From NCBI GenBank assembly GCA_946187865.1, contig CAMHST010000003.1, positions 9,458 to 73,457 on the forward strand: a stretch of DNA of 64,000 bases. Reading direction: 5' to 3'. The notes below the pieces were generated by a model. That model made no database searches. It was not told the origin of the DNA and worked only from the letters and a program-made list of their open reading frames with translations. Of the stretch, positions 22,129-32,261 are shown one piece after another; positions within the stretch are counted from its first letter, which is position 1; every line of letters starts with the position of its first letter. A program made the translations under genes and the position numbers. This stretch comes from an uncultured Bacteroidales bacterium. GTDB taxonomy: Bacteria > Bacteroidota > Bacteroidia > Bacteroidales > UBA932.

Positions 22129-22696
22129 TTACCCGACAATATACTTTCCGAAGGGCAGTTTCCCGATTAGGAAGGAAAGGCCGAAGCTGACGGCATAGTT
22201 GAGCACCGCCGTGCAGACAATGGCCAGCGGGATCGACAGGAAACCGCTGAGCAGCTGATAGATGGCCGGCAACATGAGCATGTGCATCAGATACATCCCG
22301 TAACTGGCCCCGGAGATTATCCGGACAAGTCCATAGCATCTTCCGGGTGTCTGGATGCACTTGAAAAGGAGGAATACGCAGGCGCTCATCAGCCCGGCGA
22401 CGATGGTATCATTCTGCCAGTGCATCTCCAGCTCGGCCGGGGTGTCCACCAGGAAGCTCCGGCAGGTACAGTCCCAGCATCATGTACACAAACCACAGGT
22501 GCGACTCCCGCGGGATGAAGTTGATGCCGGCCTGCTTCACGTTGGTCCACCCCCACGCTCCAGCGGGCGAGGTCGGACGGGAAAGAAAAGGAATAATCGT
22601 CAGAATAAACACATTCACAGGCATGTACCAGCATTACCATCAGGCAGGCGGCCGCCCTGAGCCAGTCCAGAAATACAATCCGCTTTTTTCTTCCAT
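22129..22696 (-). pseudogene. Acyltransferase-3 pseudogene, internally deleted copy of 32690-33754
   Basis: Colinear with the intact copy but lacks about 300 bp (junction 22462/3) and about 200 bp (junction about 22550); also a 1-nt homopolymer shift near the start. Confidence 0.9.
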
Positions 22697-22778
22697 AGTC
22701 CAGTCTTCTTGATTTCGAGGTACATAAATAAGAAAAAATCCATAGTATTTTTGTACATTTGCCCGTTACGAACGGAAT

Positions 22779-24737
22779 ATGGCAAACGCAAAGCAGAGAT
22801 GGAGCAGTTTTTCCGGCAGGCTCACCCGCCGGATTGTACTGATTGTCCTGGTGGTCATGCTCTTTGTGGCCACCCTCATTTCCTTCCTGATCATAGTGGG
22901 CATGGGATCGCAGATGGAAGAACATTACCAGGGAACCGTGGAGTTCACCAATGAGAAACTGGCCAGCCTGTTGTCTTCCGTAGAGATATCGGCCAACAAC
23001 AACGTGGACGAGCTCCAACAGAACCTGGACAGCCCGGAGAGCGTCTTCGAAGCCATGACCCGGGAGTTGCAGTTGAACCCCCACGTAACGGGTTTCGGAC
23101 TGGGCTTCATCCCCAATTTTTTCCCATCCCAGGGCACCTATTTCGAACCTTATGTAAACCATGAGGATGGCCGGATTGTCCGGAAACAGATCGGGGGACC
23201 GGACCACGATTATCTGCTGGCCGAATGGTATGTGAAAACGGTAGAGAAGGACACCGGACACTGGTCAGACCCTTACATCGACAACGAGGGCGCCCAGGAC
23301 ATGCTTTGTACCTATGCCCTTCCCGTGAAAGACAGAGAGGGGAACCTCGCCGGCGTCTTCGGGACCGACATCTCGCTGGGATGGCTGTCAGACCAGTTGA
23401 AAGAGAATGACCGGAAAGAAAACGCCCGTGCACGCCGCTCAAACAGTGAGGCAGACGAAAAGGTTTACAGCTTCATTATCGGCCGATACGGGGAGTATCT
23501 GGCCCATCCCGACAGGGAGAGGGTGCTGATAGATCATTTCTACCGCCATCTGGACCGCGGAGCCGACTCTACCAGGAACCGCCAGCTGGTTCAGTCAATG
23601 ATTAACGGAGAACACGGCAGCGCAGACCTTGTCATCGACGGAACCCTCTCGCACATCATCTATGCCCCGCTGGAGCGTACCGGCTGGTCCATGGCCATCG
23701 TCGTGCCCTCAGCCCTGCTGTTCATGCCGGGCATCGTTGTCGGGATGGTGATCCTGTTCGTGCTCCTGGTGGGGCTGCTGGTGGTTTCGCTGATGTGCCG
23801 GCATATCATCCGCAAGGTAACCCGTCCGCTGACATATCTGGCCCAGTCGGCCGGAGAAGTAGCCAAGGGGCACTTTGATACGCCGCTGCCCTCCATCCGC
23901 TACAACGACGAAATCGGCCAGCTGCGGGACTCTTTCGCCAACATGCAACTGTCCCTGGACCAATATATCCAACAACTTACCAGCGCTACGGCCCAACGCG
24001 CGGCCATGGAAAACGAGCTGAACATCGCCCGCGATATCCAGATGTCCATGCTCCCGAAAACCTTCCCTCCCTATCCGGAAAGGCGCGATCTCGACATCTA
24101 CGGACAGCTGACCCCGGCCAAAGCCGTGGGCGGAGACCTCTACGACTTCCATATCCGGGACGAAAAACTGTTCTTCTGCATTGGCGACGTATCCGGGAAG
24201 GGTGTTCCGGCCTCCCTGGTGATGGCCGTGACCAGCGCCCAGCTGCGGACCATGTCCTCCGGAGAAGCGCATCCGCAGCGGATTGTGGGCGCGCTGAACC
24301 GGTCTGAGGCCACGCACAATGAGTCCATGATGTTCGTAACCCTGTTCGTGGGCGTACTGGACCTGAAAACCGGCCGGCTACAATACTGCAACGCCGGTCA
24401 CAACGCCCCGGTGTTGATATCCAAGGACAGGCAGGTCGGCTTCCTCCCTGTCGATGCCAACCTGCCCGTGGGGGTGGTGGCGGAATGGTCCTACACTGTG
24501 CAGGAAATCACCCTGGAACCAGGCAGCGCCCTGCTTCTGTATACCGACGGCCTGTCAGAGGCCGAGAATCCGGAACGGGCCCAGTTTGGCGAAGACCGCA
24601 TCTTGGAAACCCTCCGGCGCATTCCCTCTACAGAGCCGCCGGTGCTTGTTTCTAGCATGACCGACGCCGTACACAAGTTCGTAAACGGCGCGGAGCAAAG
24701 CGACGACCTCACCATGCTGGCCATCCGCTACCAGTAG
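22779..24737 (+). CDS. Cache-HAMP-PP2C (SpoIIE/RsbU-type) sensor phosphatase
   Basis: TM, Cache (WY...WSDPYID), TM, HAMP (DEIGQL..SF..M), VGGDLYDF, IGDVSGKG, NAGHN, YTDG, QSDDLTML. Confidence 0.93.
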   Translation: MANAKQRWSSFSGRLTRRIVLIVLVVMLFVATLISFLIIVGMGSQMEEHYQGTVEFTNEKLASLLSSVEISANNNVDELQQNLDSPESVFEAMTRELQLNPHVTGFGLGFIPNFFPSQGTYFEPYVNHEDGRIVRKQIGGPDHDYLLAEWYVKTVEKDTGHWSDPYIDNEGAQDMLCTYALPVKDREGNLAGVFGTDISLGWLSDQLKENDRKENARARRSNSEADEKVYSFIIGRYGEYLAHPDRERVLIDHFYRHLDRGADSTRNRQLVQSMINGEHGSADLVIDGTLSHIIYAPLERTGWSMAIVVPSALLFMPGIVVGMVILFVLLVGLLVVSLMCRHIIRKVTRPLTYLAQSAGEVAKGHFDTPLPSIRYNDEIGQLRDSFANMQLSLDQYIQQLTSATAQRAAMENELNIARDIQMSMLPKTFPPYPERRDLDIYGQLTPAKAVGGDLYDFHIRDEKLFFCIGDVSGKGVPASLVMAVTSAQLRTMSSGEAHPQRIVGALNRSEATHNESMMFVTLFVGVLDLKTGRLQYCNAGHNAPVLISKDRQVGFLPVDANLPVGVVAEWSYTVQEITLEPGSALLLYTDGLSEAENPERAQFGEDRILETLRRIPSTEPPVLVSSMTDAVHKFVNGAEQSDDLTMLAIRYQ

Positions 24738-24738
24738 C

Positions 24739-26178
24739 CTATTTGTTCACCCGCTTTGAGATGCCCATGGCGCCGGTGGGGCAGACCAGGCGGCACAGGT
24801 GGCAGCCCACACACCGGGTGCCCACGATACGGGGCGTGCGGTCCGCTCCGAAGGTAATGGCCTGGTGGCCGCCGTCCCGGCAGGAGATGTAGCATCGGCC
24901 GCAACCGATGCACTTTTCCCGGTCAATGGTAGGGAACACTTTGGTAGCGCGGTCCAGGTCCTGCACCCGCACGAAGTTGTCCAGCTCTTCGCCGATAATC
25001 TCTTCCACCGACGAAACGCCCCGCCCGGCCATGTAGTTCTGTAGCCCGGCCGTGAGGTCTTCGATAATCCGGTAGCCGTATTCCATGACGGCGGTGCACA
25101 CCTGCACGTTCCGGCAGCCCAGCTGGAGGAATTCCAGGGCGTCCCGCCAGGTGACGATGCCGCCGATGCCGGAGAGCTGCAGATTCTTCATCACGGGGTT
25201 CTTGGCCATTTCCAGGATAAAACGCAGGGCGATGGGCTTTACTGCCGGCCCCGAATAGCCGGAAATCACCTTTTTCCCGGACACTTCCCCGCCCAGGGTC
25301 ACCGATTTGATGGTATTGATGGCCGATATTCCGTCGGCCCCGGCGAAATACGCCGCCATAGCCACCTGGGTGAGAGCGGCCACATTGGGCGTCATTTTGG
25401 GGATGACGGGAATGCCCACCGCCTGCTTTACGAAAGCGGTATAGAAGGTGACCAGTTCCGGGTTCTGGCCCACGTCGCTGCCCATGCCGGCCATGCGCAT
25501 CTGCGGGCAGGAGAAATTGAGCTCAATGGCATCTACGCCGGCTTTTTCGGCCATTTGGGCCAGTTCTATCCACTGCTCTTCCGTCTGACCCATGATGGAA
25601 GCGACAACCACCTTGTTGGGGTACTGCCGCTTGAGCCGCCGGAGGATGTCGAAATCCATCTCCACCGGGTTCTCCGACAACTGTTCCATGTTCCGGAAGC
25701 CGGAGAAACGGCCGTCCGGCTGTTTTACGGCGTCGAACCGGGGAGACACTTCCTGGATGTCCTGCATGCAGATGGTCTTGTAAAAAACGCCCGCCCAGCC
25801 GGCTTCAAAGGCCTGCGCAACCATTTCGTAATTGGTGCACACGGCCGACGACGCCAGGAAGAACGGATTCTCGCAGCGGATGCCGCAGAATGTGGTTTCC
25901 AGCGAGGGCAGTTTTTCCACGGCGGGAACAGGGCCGACGGCAGCGGAAAGCGCACGCAGGCGGATGGGATAGTCGTAATGGATGCAGGCTTTTTCGGCCG
26001 CCTCCAACTCCTGCTCCGACGCGGAGGCGAAGCTTTTGGCCGCCTGGGAGAAGTTGTCGAAACGGATGGCGCGGACGGCACGGGCGGGATCTGCGCTTTT
26101 GCAGGCGGCGCTGCACGGGGCGTTCTCGCAAAGCAGGCAGCGGCCGGCTTCTTCCCGGATGTTGATCTGTGCTGGCAT
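24739..26178 (-). CDS. preA: Dihydropyrimidine dehydrogenase PreA-like protein with N-terminal Fe-S domain
   Basis: EAGRCLLCENAPCSAAC, ENPFFLASS, FRNMEQLSE, ELNFSCP, KMTPN, INTIKS, GYSG.AVKPIAL, two CxxCxxCxxxC. Confidence 0.85.
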   Translation of the reverse strand: MPAQINIREEAGRCLLCENAPCSAACKSADPARAVRAIRFDNFSQAAKSFASASEQELEAAEKACIHYDYPIRLRALSAAVGPVPAVEKLPSLETTFCGIRCENPFFLASSAVCTNYEMVAQAFEAGWAGVFYKTICMQDIQEVSPRFDAVKQPDGRFSGFRNMEQLSENPVEMDFDILRRLKRQYPNKVVVASIMGQTEEQWIELAQMAEKAGVDAIELNFSCPQMRMAGMGSDVGQNPELVTFYTAFVKQAVGIPVIPKMTPNVAALTQVAMAAYFAGADGISAINTIKSVTLGGEVSGKKVISGYSGPAVKPIALRFILEMAKNPVMKNLQLSGIGGIVTWRDALEFLQLGCRNVQVCTAVMEYGYRIIEDLTAGLQNYMAGRGVSSVEEIIGEELDNFVRVQDLDRATKVFPTIDREKCIGCGRCYISCRDGGHQAITFGADRTPRIVGTRCVGCHLCRLVCPTGAMGISKRVNK

Positions 26179-26344
26179 AGTAGTTATCGTTGTGTCCGAC
26201 AACAAATATAAACAATTTTCGGAAAGTGGTCAATTGCTTGCAATAATGGACCAGGGGCGGGAGCGGATTTGCACAAGTGCGGGGGAAAGTCTAACTTTAT
26301 GAACAGAAACTAACCCGAAAAAGATTATATAACACATAACCGAC

Positions 26345-27838
26345 ATGAAAAAATACCTGCTTCTCATGGGCCTGGCAGCCCTTTTGGCCGCCTGTTCCGC
26401 CCCCGCCCCCCAAAGCCCTGTCCTCACTGTGGAAGGAGGTCAGATTCAAGGCGTTCCGGCCGATGTAGCCGGCGTTACCGTCTTCCGCGGAATCCCCTTT
26501 GCCGCACCGCCTATCGGCGAAAACCGCTGGCGTGCACCGCAGCCTGTAGTGCCGTGGGAGGGAGTTCGCCTTTGCGACAAATTCGGCCATCCGGCTTTCC
26601 AGGCCGCCCATTATCCCGGCGGATACACCACCGAATGGGGCTATGGTGACGAAGCGCCCTACAGCGAGGACTGCCTGTACCTGAACGTGTGGACCAAGGC
26701 CCCCGGCCAGACCGGCAAGAAGTTGCCCGTCGCAGTCTGGATTTTCGGCGGCGGCATGCGCGAAGGCTGGGGCTCCGAACCCGAATTTGACGGACAGGAG
26801 TGGGCCGGAAAAGACGTGGTCCTGGTGTCGTTCAACTACCGCGTGGGCCCCTTCGGCTTCTTTGCCCATCCGGAGCTCAGCGCCGAGGACCCGGAGCACG
26901 CCACCGGCAACTGGGGCACCCTGGACCAGATCCAGGCCCTGAAATGGGTGAAGCAGAACATCGCCCAGTTCGGCGGAGACCCGGACAACGTGATGATCTT
27001 CGGCCAGAGCGCCGGCGGACGCAGTGTCAAGTTCCTGAGCGCTTCCCCGCTGACCCGCGGCCTCTTCAACAAGGCCGTGATCATGAGCGGCAGCGGTTTG
27101 GTAGATCCCCGGAAGCCGGCACAGCCCCTCTTCCCCGGCGGCCCCGTGATGCCCGCCCAGAAGATGACCACCCTGGCCGAGGCCGAAGCTTCCGTGAAGG
27201 AAGTGGCCGACTGGGCCAACTTCAAGGACCTGGCCGCCCTTCGCCGGGCCTCCACTGAGACCATCTTCGCCATGGGCACCCTCTACACCCAGGTCACCGG
27301 AAAGCGCAGCGTGCTGTCTTCCTCTCCCATCTCCCCGTATATCGACGGGTATGTCCTGAACGAATCCTTCGATGACGCCTGCATCAACGGCAACCTGGCC
27401 CCTGTGCCTTATATGATCGGCTACACCCTGAACGATGCCGGCAACATGCGCGACCAGATCCAGGACTTCTGCCTGAACCGGGAGCAGATGGGCGGACAGG
27501 CCTGGGCCTATCAGTTTGCCCGTCCGCTGCCTACCGACGGCCGTCCCAACGTGCTCCAGGGCGCATTCCACTCCTCCGACCTGTGGTTTGTGTTCAAGTC
27601 CCTGAAGAACTGCTGGCGTCCCTGGACCCAGGGCGACTGGGACCTGTCCGAGAAGATGCTCACCGCCTGGTCCAACTTCGCCAAGTACGCCAACCCCAAC
27701 GGCCCTGACGGCGGCGACTGGAAGCCTTACACCGCTGACAATCAGACGTTCATGGTGTTCCGCCTGGACGAGGCCGACGCCGAAGCGTCCTTCATCGGCG
27801 AGCCCCTGCAGGCTCCCCGCCCGCCCATGCGCCGATAA
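26345..27838 (+). CDS. Type-B carboxylesterase lipoprotein
   Basis: LAAC lipobox, FRGIPFAAPP, SEDCLYLNVW, FGQSAGG nucleophile, GAFHSSDL. Confidence 0.93.
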   Translation: MKKYLLLMGLAALLAACSAPAPQSPVLTVEGGQIQGVPADVAGVTVFRGIPFAAPPIGENRWRAPQPVVPWEGVRLCDKFGHPAFQAAHYPGGYTTEWGYGDEAPYSEDCLYLNVWTKAPGQTGKKLPVAVWIFGGGMREGWGSEPEFDGQEWAGKDVVLVSFNYRVGPFGFFAHPELSAEDPEHATGNWGTLDQIQALKWVKQNIAQFGGDPDNVMIFGQSAGGRSVKFLSASPLTRGLFNKAVIMSGSGLVDPRKPAQPLFPGGPVMPAQKMTTLAEAEASVKEVADWANFKDLAALRRASTETIFAMGTLYTQVTGKRSVLSSSPISPYIDGYVLNESFDDACINGNLAPVPYMIGYTLNDAGNMRDQIQDFCLNREQMGGQAWAYQFARPLPTDGRPNVLQGAFHSSDLWFVFKSLKNCWRPWTQGDWDLSEKMLTAWSNFAKYANPNGPDGGDWKPYTADNQTFMVFRLDEADAEASFIGEPLQAPRPPMRR

Positions 27839-27853
27839 GGCTTATACCCGGAC

Positions 27854-27893
27854 AAAAAAGGAGGTCGATTCTTGCTTCGAGTCGACCTCCTTC
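27854..27893. terminator. Intrinsic terminator
   Basis: AAGGAGGTCGATTC-loop-GAGTCGACCTCCTT. Confidence 0.7.
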
Positions 27894-27898
27894 TATTA

Positions 27899-28040
27899 TA
27901 TGTTGCGGCACGTGCCTTTTTCGGCCTGTTTTTACACCTTTGGGCTCCGGTACAGGGCATTACGCGAAAAGGGCCGAAAACGTGTAACGAGGTGTACCCT
28001 CGGTACGGGGCATTACGCAAAAATGGGCAAAAACGCGTAA
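27899..28040. repeat. 53-bp-period hairpin repeat array, copy 1
   Basis: TTACGCG-AAAAGGGCCGAAAA-CGTGTAA units at 27960 and 28013; near-identical to 33853-34005. Confidence 0.85.
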
Positions 28041-28138
28041 CCGGGGAGCCTGCCGGTCCAGCACGTACCGGACATCTTGCCATGTTGCAGACCAGAACGC
28101 CCTGCAAGGCCGAGTTCACTTGCAACATGGCAACTCTT

Positions 28139-28645
28139 TTATCGGAACCTGTAGGTAATTCCCACCACAGCACTTTGGGGATTAAAGCCCAGCAGCGGAT
28201 ACCAGCCATAAGCGTCGGCATAACGGGCACCGAAAAAGCCGATGTCCGTAAAAGCTTCCCAGCGCGGGGCGAAACGGAAACGCAGGGAGGGAGATATCCC
28301 GATAACCATGTTCTTCCCATCTGTCGAAAAATACTGTCCCCGGGCCAATGCCTTCAGGTCCAGATAAAGGACATCGTTGTGCGTCGGTGTGTAACGGACA
28401 AAGCCTCCGCCTCCCAGCCCGGCAACCAGGGCATCCTGAATATGGGCAGACAGACTGGCCTGCACCCCAATGGCCCAATGCTCATTGAATTCGTATCCCG
28501 CTTCAACGACGGTGGAACCAAACCACTCTTTGTCGGCATATTGAAGCTGCGTGCCGTTGCTGATAAAGGCGGTCTGGGCATCGGCCCTGTTGGAAAAAGC
28601 CAGTGCGGCCACCACAAATGAAGTGAACAATAACAATTTTTTCAT
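28139..28645 (-). CDS. Small outer-membrane beta-barrel protein
   Basis: Signal peptide, alternating aromatic strands (GYEF, FVRY, RFRF), C-terminal ITYRF. Confidence 0.75.
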   Translation of the reverse strand: MKKLLLFTSFVVAALAFSNRADAQTAFISNGTQLQYADKEWFGSTVVEAGYEFNEHWAIGVQASLSAHIQDALVAGLGGGGFVRYTPTHNDVLYLDLKALARGQYFSTDGKNMVIGISPSLRFRFAPRWEAFTDIGFFGARYADAYGWYPLLGFNPQSAVVGITYRFR

Positions 28646-28770
28646 CACTTTTTCTTTTTTTGGGGGCACAAAGATAGCCTGCCTCTTCCGATTATCCAAG
28701 TATCTTTGTGCCCCGTCTATTATCTAGTTTCTGAAATTCCGACTGAGAAAGAAACACGTCATCAGCGAAA

Positions 28771-29340
28771 CTATTTCAACGGTTTCCCGCCGAAAGCATA
28801 TCCCAGACTCAAGCCCATAAAGCTGGTTTCTTTGTTCATGATGTTGGCCGACACTGTAACGCGGAGACGATTCCAAGCCTCCAGCCCTACGCGGGGAGCA
28901 ATATAAGGAGACCATTTGTCCGGAACCACAGATGCAGCGTTGCCCGATGCCTGTGTCCAGCGCGAAACACCTGCAGCCAAGCCGGCGAACAGTGACAGAT
29001 TATTCGAGGTTTGCCAGTTGTAATCCCCTACGACATATAACTGCCAAGAGGGAAACACATCGTATCGGGAGGGCGTTACGGATAAAGAGGCACGTTCCAT
29101 TCTTGTTATCTGTGCGCCAAGGCCCAAGTCAAAAGCCCCGGAAGGAAAGTTATACCGAACCTCGCCGCGCCCAATAAGCATTAGCCGGTTCTGATCAAAA
29201 CCTAACTTATACATGCCGATTCCCGTCCCGACGGCAATTTCCGCTTCTACGGCCTGTACCTTTCGCTTGTCTATCTGCTGGGCATACCCCAGCGAAACGG
29301 ACATAATGACGGCAAGTAAAAATAAAAATGTTTTTTTCAT
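28771..29340 (-). CDS. Small outer-membrane beta-barrel protein
   Basis: Signal peptide, EVRYNF, GDYN, PRVGLE, C-terminal LGYAFGG. Confidence 0.75.
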   Translation of the reverse strand: MKKTFLFLLAVIMSVSLGYAQQIDKRKVQAVEAEIAVGTGIGMYKLGFDQNRLMLIGRGEVRYNFPSGAFDLGLGAQITRMERASLSVTPSRYDVFPSWQLYVVGDYNWQTSNNLSLFAGLAAGVSRWTQASGNAASVVPDKWSPYIAPRVGLEAWNRLRVTVSANIMNKETSFMGLSLGYAFGGKPLK

Positions 29341-29350
29341 GCTTTTGTAG

Positions 29351-29731
29351 TTAAATAATTGAATCAGAATCCCCTATAACCATAACAACCTCGAAGTTAC
29401 TCATATATCGGCAAGTCCTGTTCCACGGCCATCTAAAATGATGTACCAACGCGCATCGTTTCCTCCAGGTCGTTGTTTTGACCCACGTAGAAGAATTGAC
29501 CAGATACGCACACACGGAGGCAAGATCGGCATCATAGTAGGCCTCGATTCGAGTTGAAGAAGGAACGCGAGGAGCACCTGTGAGCTGGCCATCATGGCAT
29601 CGGACAATAATAACATCGTCTCCATCCGAGGAACTTGAACAAATACCCGACGCCAACAAATTAGTTTTTGGAATCAATCCCACCGCAAGCAGTAGGATGA
29701 ACAGTTTGAATAACATAGTTTTTTGTGACAT
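29351..29731 (-). pseudogene. DUF3244-like small secreted protein, probably truncated or chimeric
   Basis: Signal peptide plus GAPRVP..RIEAYYD; similarity to paralog 36898-37293 is lost after about 29495. Confidence 0.55.
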
Positions 29732-29753
29732 AATATAATTGTTTAATTCGCCA

Positions 29754-29856
29754 CAAAGTTCTTAGTTATCATTGGAGTAGACAAGAAATAATATGTTACA
29801 TTTTCACAATTGAACAATTGATTATAAGCAACTTATCACAAAACAACAATTACAAT
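29754..29856 (-). promoter_or_regulatory. Promoter and putative operator of cassette 1
   Basis: -7 GAACTTTG (29754-61), TTACA at 29796 and 29850, TGATTATAAG at 29819. Confidence 0.55.
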
Positions 29857-29859
29857 GAG

Positions 29860-31635
29860 TTACGCTGTCGGAAATTCGGTCAATTCTTTCACAAAAAAGG
29901 CTCCGTCACGGACATCGGATTGCATAAGACGGCTCTTATATCGAGTTTTTCTTGTTCTGATTGCAGAACAAGACATGTCCATTAAAAAGGCTACAGTCCG
30001 GTCGGGAATACCGGAATAGAATAGCATTAAAACTCTAAAGTCATCCTCGGAAAACTGAGGCCTTTCCATAGAGTCCTTTGAACAGGCTTTCCTTATTTTT
30101 ATCATAATATTGTCCCGCCACTTATTAACACTATTCTCCATCATTTCGAACAAAGACTCATCTCTCCTAAAATTGTCTAAAGACACCAAAAACTGCTGCA
30201 TCTCTTCCGCTTTTATTACTGCAGGATCTTTATCCAAATAACGATACGGATCCTTTGGATTGACCTTCCGTTCACTCCTTACAACGTCATAAGCATCGGC
30301 ACATTTTTTTACAAAAGCAATCTTCTCACTTATCAAATCGTTTATAGTTTTGGCCATTCCGGATTCCTTATTGCGCATGATTTGTAATTCATCTGAAATC
30401 TCCATTATCCTGGCCATATCCTCCTCTATCTTCTGCCGATTCTCTTCAATAATTCGATTCTTGTCTTTAATCATATATCTTCGGTTATTAATGAGGAGCA
30501 CAACGATTAACAGTAATAAAAAAACCACGACAAAACTAAACAATAATGACAATAACCTTTGGCGGGAAAGTATCATGTGCTTTTCCGCCAAATGATGATT
30601 ATATGTACTAATTGCGTTGGCAACTTCTTGATTCTCTCTTTTATAAACAATTCTATTATGGTTTTTCAATGCATGCCTCATTTGTTCGTTAGCTTCTTTA
30701 AAATTGCCTTGGTTATCAAATATGACAGCCAAAGAATTATGTAAATGCACTGAATCCAATGCGGATTTAACTGACGATTGAGCCTCCGAAATGTAATAAT
30801 CTACGGAATCCCGGTCATTGATTAGATTATATGCGCGGGCAAGTGTACAATAGAATACGGTTTTAAACTGCTGTGAGTACGTCTCCTTTGCTTCTCTCAA
30901 AAGAGATATCACCACGTATGGGTCTGCTGTGTCAGATTGCATCAGATTGTATCCTCGAGAGATAAGTGTGTTACTTAACAAATACCTATCTCCGGCATTT
31001 CTAGCGTAGTCCTCAATAAAACTCAATAATGAATCAGCCTCTTGATCCCTTCCTTTTGCAATATAAACTTCCGCCTCTCCAAATTGTGAGTAAACGGCAT
31101 AATTTATTTCACTATTATTGTTATAAGCATCTCGTGATTCTTTGTAATACTTTAGTTCAGACCACTCGTCATTACATTGGCCATATAGGCCGGCAATATT
31201 CCAACAGCATAGGCCTACATAGTGGAGATCCTCCATCTTCTCCGCCAACTCTTTCGCCTGAAGGAATGAGATAATCGCACCGGTATTGTTCCCGGCGTTC
31301 CGCTGTACACGGCCCAAAGAATACAATGAGAGCATCTTATCCTTCTGCGTCCCGTGCCTGTCGAAATACCTTACCGCAATTAGAGCCAAAGAGTCATCGG
31401 TCACGTCAATATAAGACTTATCCATGGCCAAAGACATAAGCAGTGCATACCGGGCCTTCCGGGATGAGGGCCGCAACTGCTCCTGCGGGATATCGGAAAG
31501 CTGCTCGTAGGCCGCATACGGATCCGACGAAATCTCCTGCTCTATCGTATCAAGTTGGTGGTCTATCGTCCGGGAACAAGAAAAGGCCAATAGCAAAAAA
31601 GCTATGGCAATTAGATACTTCCGCATACTTCTCAT
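29860..31635 (-). CDS. TPR-TM-HTH (LuxR-like) one-component regulator 1
   Basis: LAFSC lipobox, ARYALL..A.DK.YIDV.DDSL, TPRs, TM segment, C-terminal LFYSGIP..TVAFLM.MS..AIRTRKTRYK. Confidence 0.85.
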   Translation of the reverse strand: MRSMRKYLIAIAFLLLAFSCSRTIDHQLDTIEQEISSDPYAAYEQLSDIPQEQLRPSSRKARYALLMSLAMDKSYIDVTDDSLALIAVRYFDRHGTQKDKMLSLYSLGRVQRNAGNNTGAIISFLQAKELAEKMEDLHYVGLCCWNIAGLYGQCNDEWSELKYYKESRDAYNNNSEINYAVYSQFGEAEVYIAKGRDQEADSLLSFIEDYARNAGDRYLLSNTLISRGYNLMQSDTADPYVVISLLREAKETYSQQFKTVFYCTLARAYNLINDRDSVDYYISEAQSSVKSALDSVHLHNSLAVIFDNQGNFKEANEQMRHALKNHNRIVYKRENQEVANAISTYNHHLAEKHMILSRQRLLSLLFSFVVVFLLLLIVVLLINNRRYMIKDKNRIIEENRQKIEEDMARIMEISDELQIMRNKESGMAKTINDLISEKIAFVKKCADAYDVVRSERKVNPKDPYRYLDKDPAVIKAEEMQQFLVSLDNFRRDESLFEMMENSVNKWRDNIMIKIRKACSKDSMERPQFSEDDFRVLMLFYSGIPDRTVAFLMDMSCSAIRTRKTRYKSRLMQSDVRDGAFFVKELTEFPTA

Positions 31636-31644
31636 AAATAAAAA

Positions 31645-31940
31645 AGGCTGCCTGAAACAATCATAAAAACATGTGAATTAAACTATTATATCATGTCCGG
31701 CAGCCTATGCCGTCTCTAAATAAAAAGGGTGACAAAAGAAAGCCACCGATAGTTACACGCAGGCTCCGGAACGGCCGTAGTAGCATCCACCAGTTGACTT
31801 TCTATGCCACCCTATAGAGGCGGCATAGAAAATCCTGTGTAGGGGCTACTGAGTAATTTTCCGGATTAAGCGTGTACCCTAAACAAAATTTCTAAGCAAA
31901 ACTTAGCATTATGTTAGCCTTATGGATTACCATAGGCTTC
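31645..31940 (-). ncRNA. Putative structured 5' leader RNA
   Basis: Nested pairings TACACGC/GCGTGTA, TCCGGAA/TTCCGGA, AGTAGC/GCTACT, TTTCTATGCCACCCT/AGGGCGGCATAGAAA, downstream of the promoter at 31946-31976. Confidence 0.55.
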
Positions 31941-31945
31941 TACTG

Positions 31946-31976
31946 CAAAGTTAGAACAATTCGGACGAAATACAAA
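31946..31976 (-). promoter_or_regulatory. -33/-7 promoter of regulator 1
   Basis: Minus strand TTTG-N19-TAACTTTG. Confidence 0.7.
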
Positions 31977-32035
31977 TACCAAGGCCAAGCTCACATGGGC
32001 TTGATGCAGTACACTTGGTCCCCAGACACGGCATA

Positions 32036-32150
32036 TTACGCAAAAATGGCCGAAAACGTGTAACGAAGTGTACCCCCGGTAAGGGGCATTACACGAAAAA
32101 GGCCGAAAACGTGTAACGAGGTGTATCCCCGGTACGGGGCATTACGCAAA
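32036..32150. repeat. 53-bp-period hairpin repeat array, copy 2
   Basis: TTACRC units at 32036, 32089 and 32142. Confidence 0.85.
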
Positions 32151-32261
32151 ACGACCAACAACTGAGCTCCATGGCCGATTACCCAGGCAACCCGACAACG
32201 AAGAAGGGACGGAACCAAAGAGCAAGGCCCAACGGCGAAAGGGTGAATCGCAAAAAGAAGG

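Noticed and set aside
21549-22170. Small ORFs after tRNA-Ser, and 27742-28320, 27872-28621, 32036-32413, 33805-34005
   Set aside because: They are translations of repeat DNA or antisense to real genes, with no coding signal.
22389-23261. 290-aa minus-strand ORF
   Set aside because: Composite of the antisense of the PP2C gene and the frameshifted acyltransferase pseudogene.
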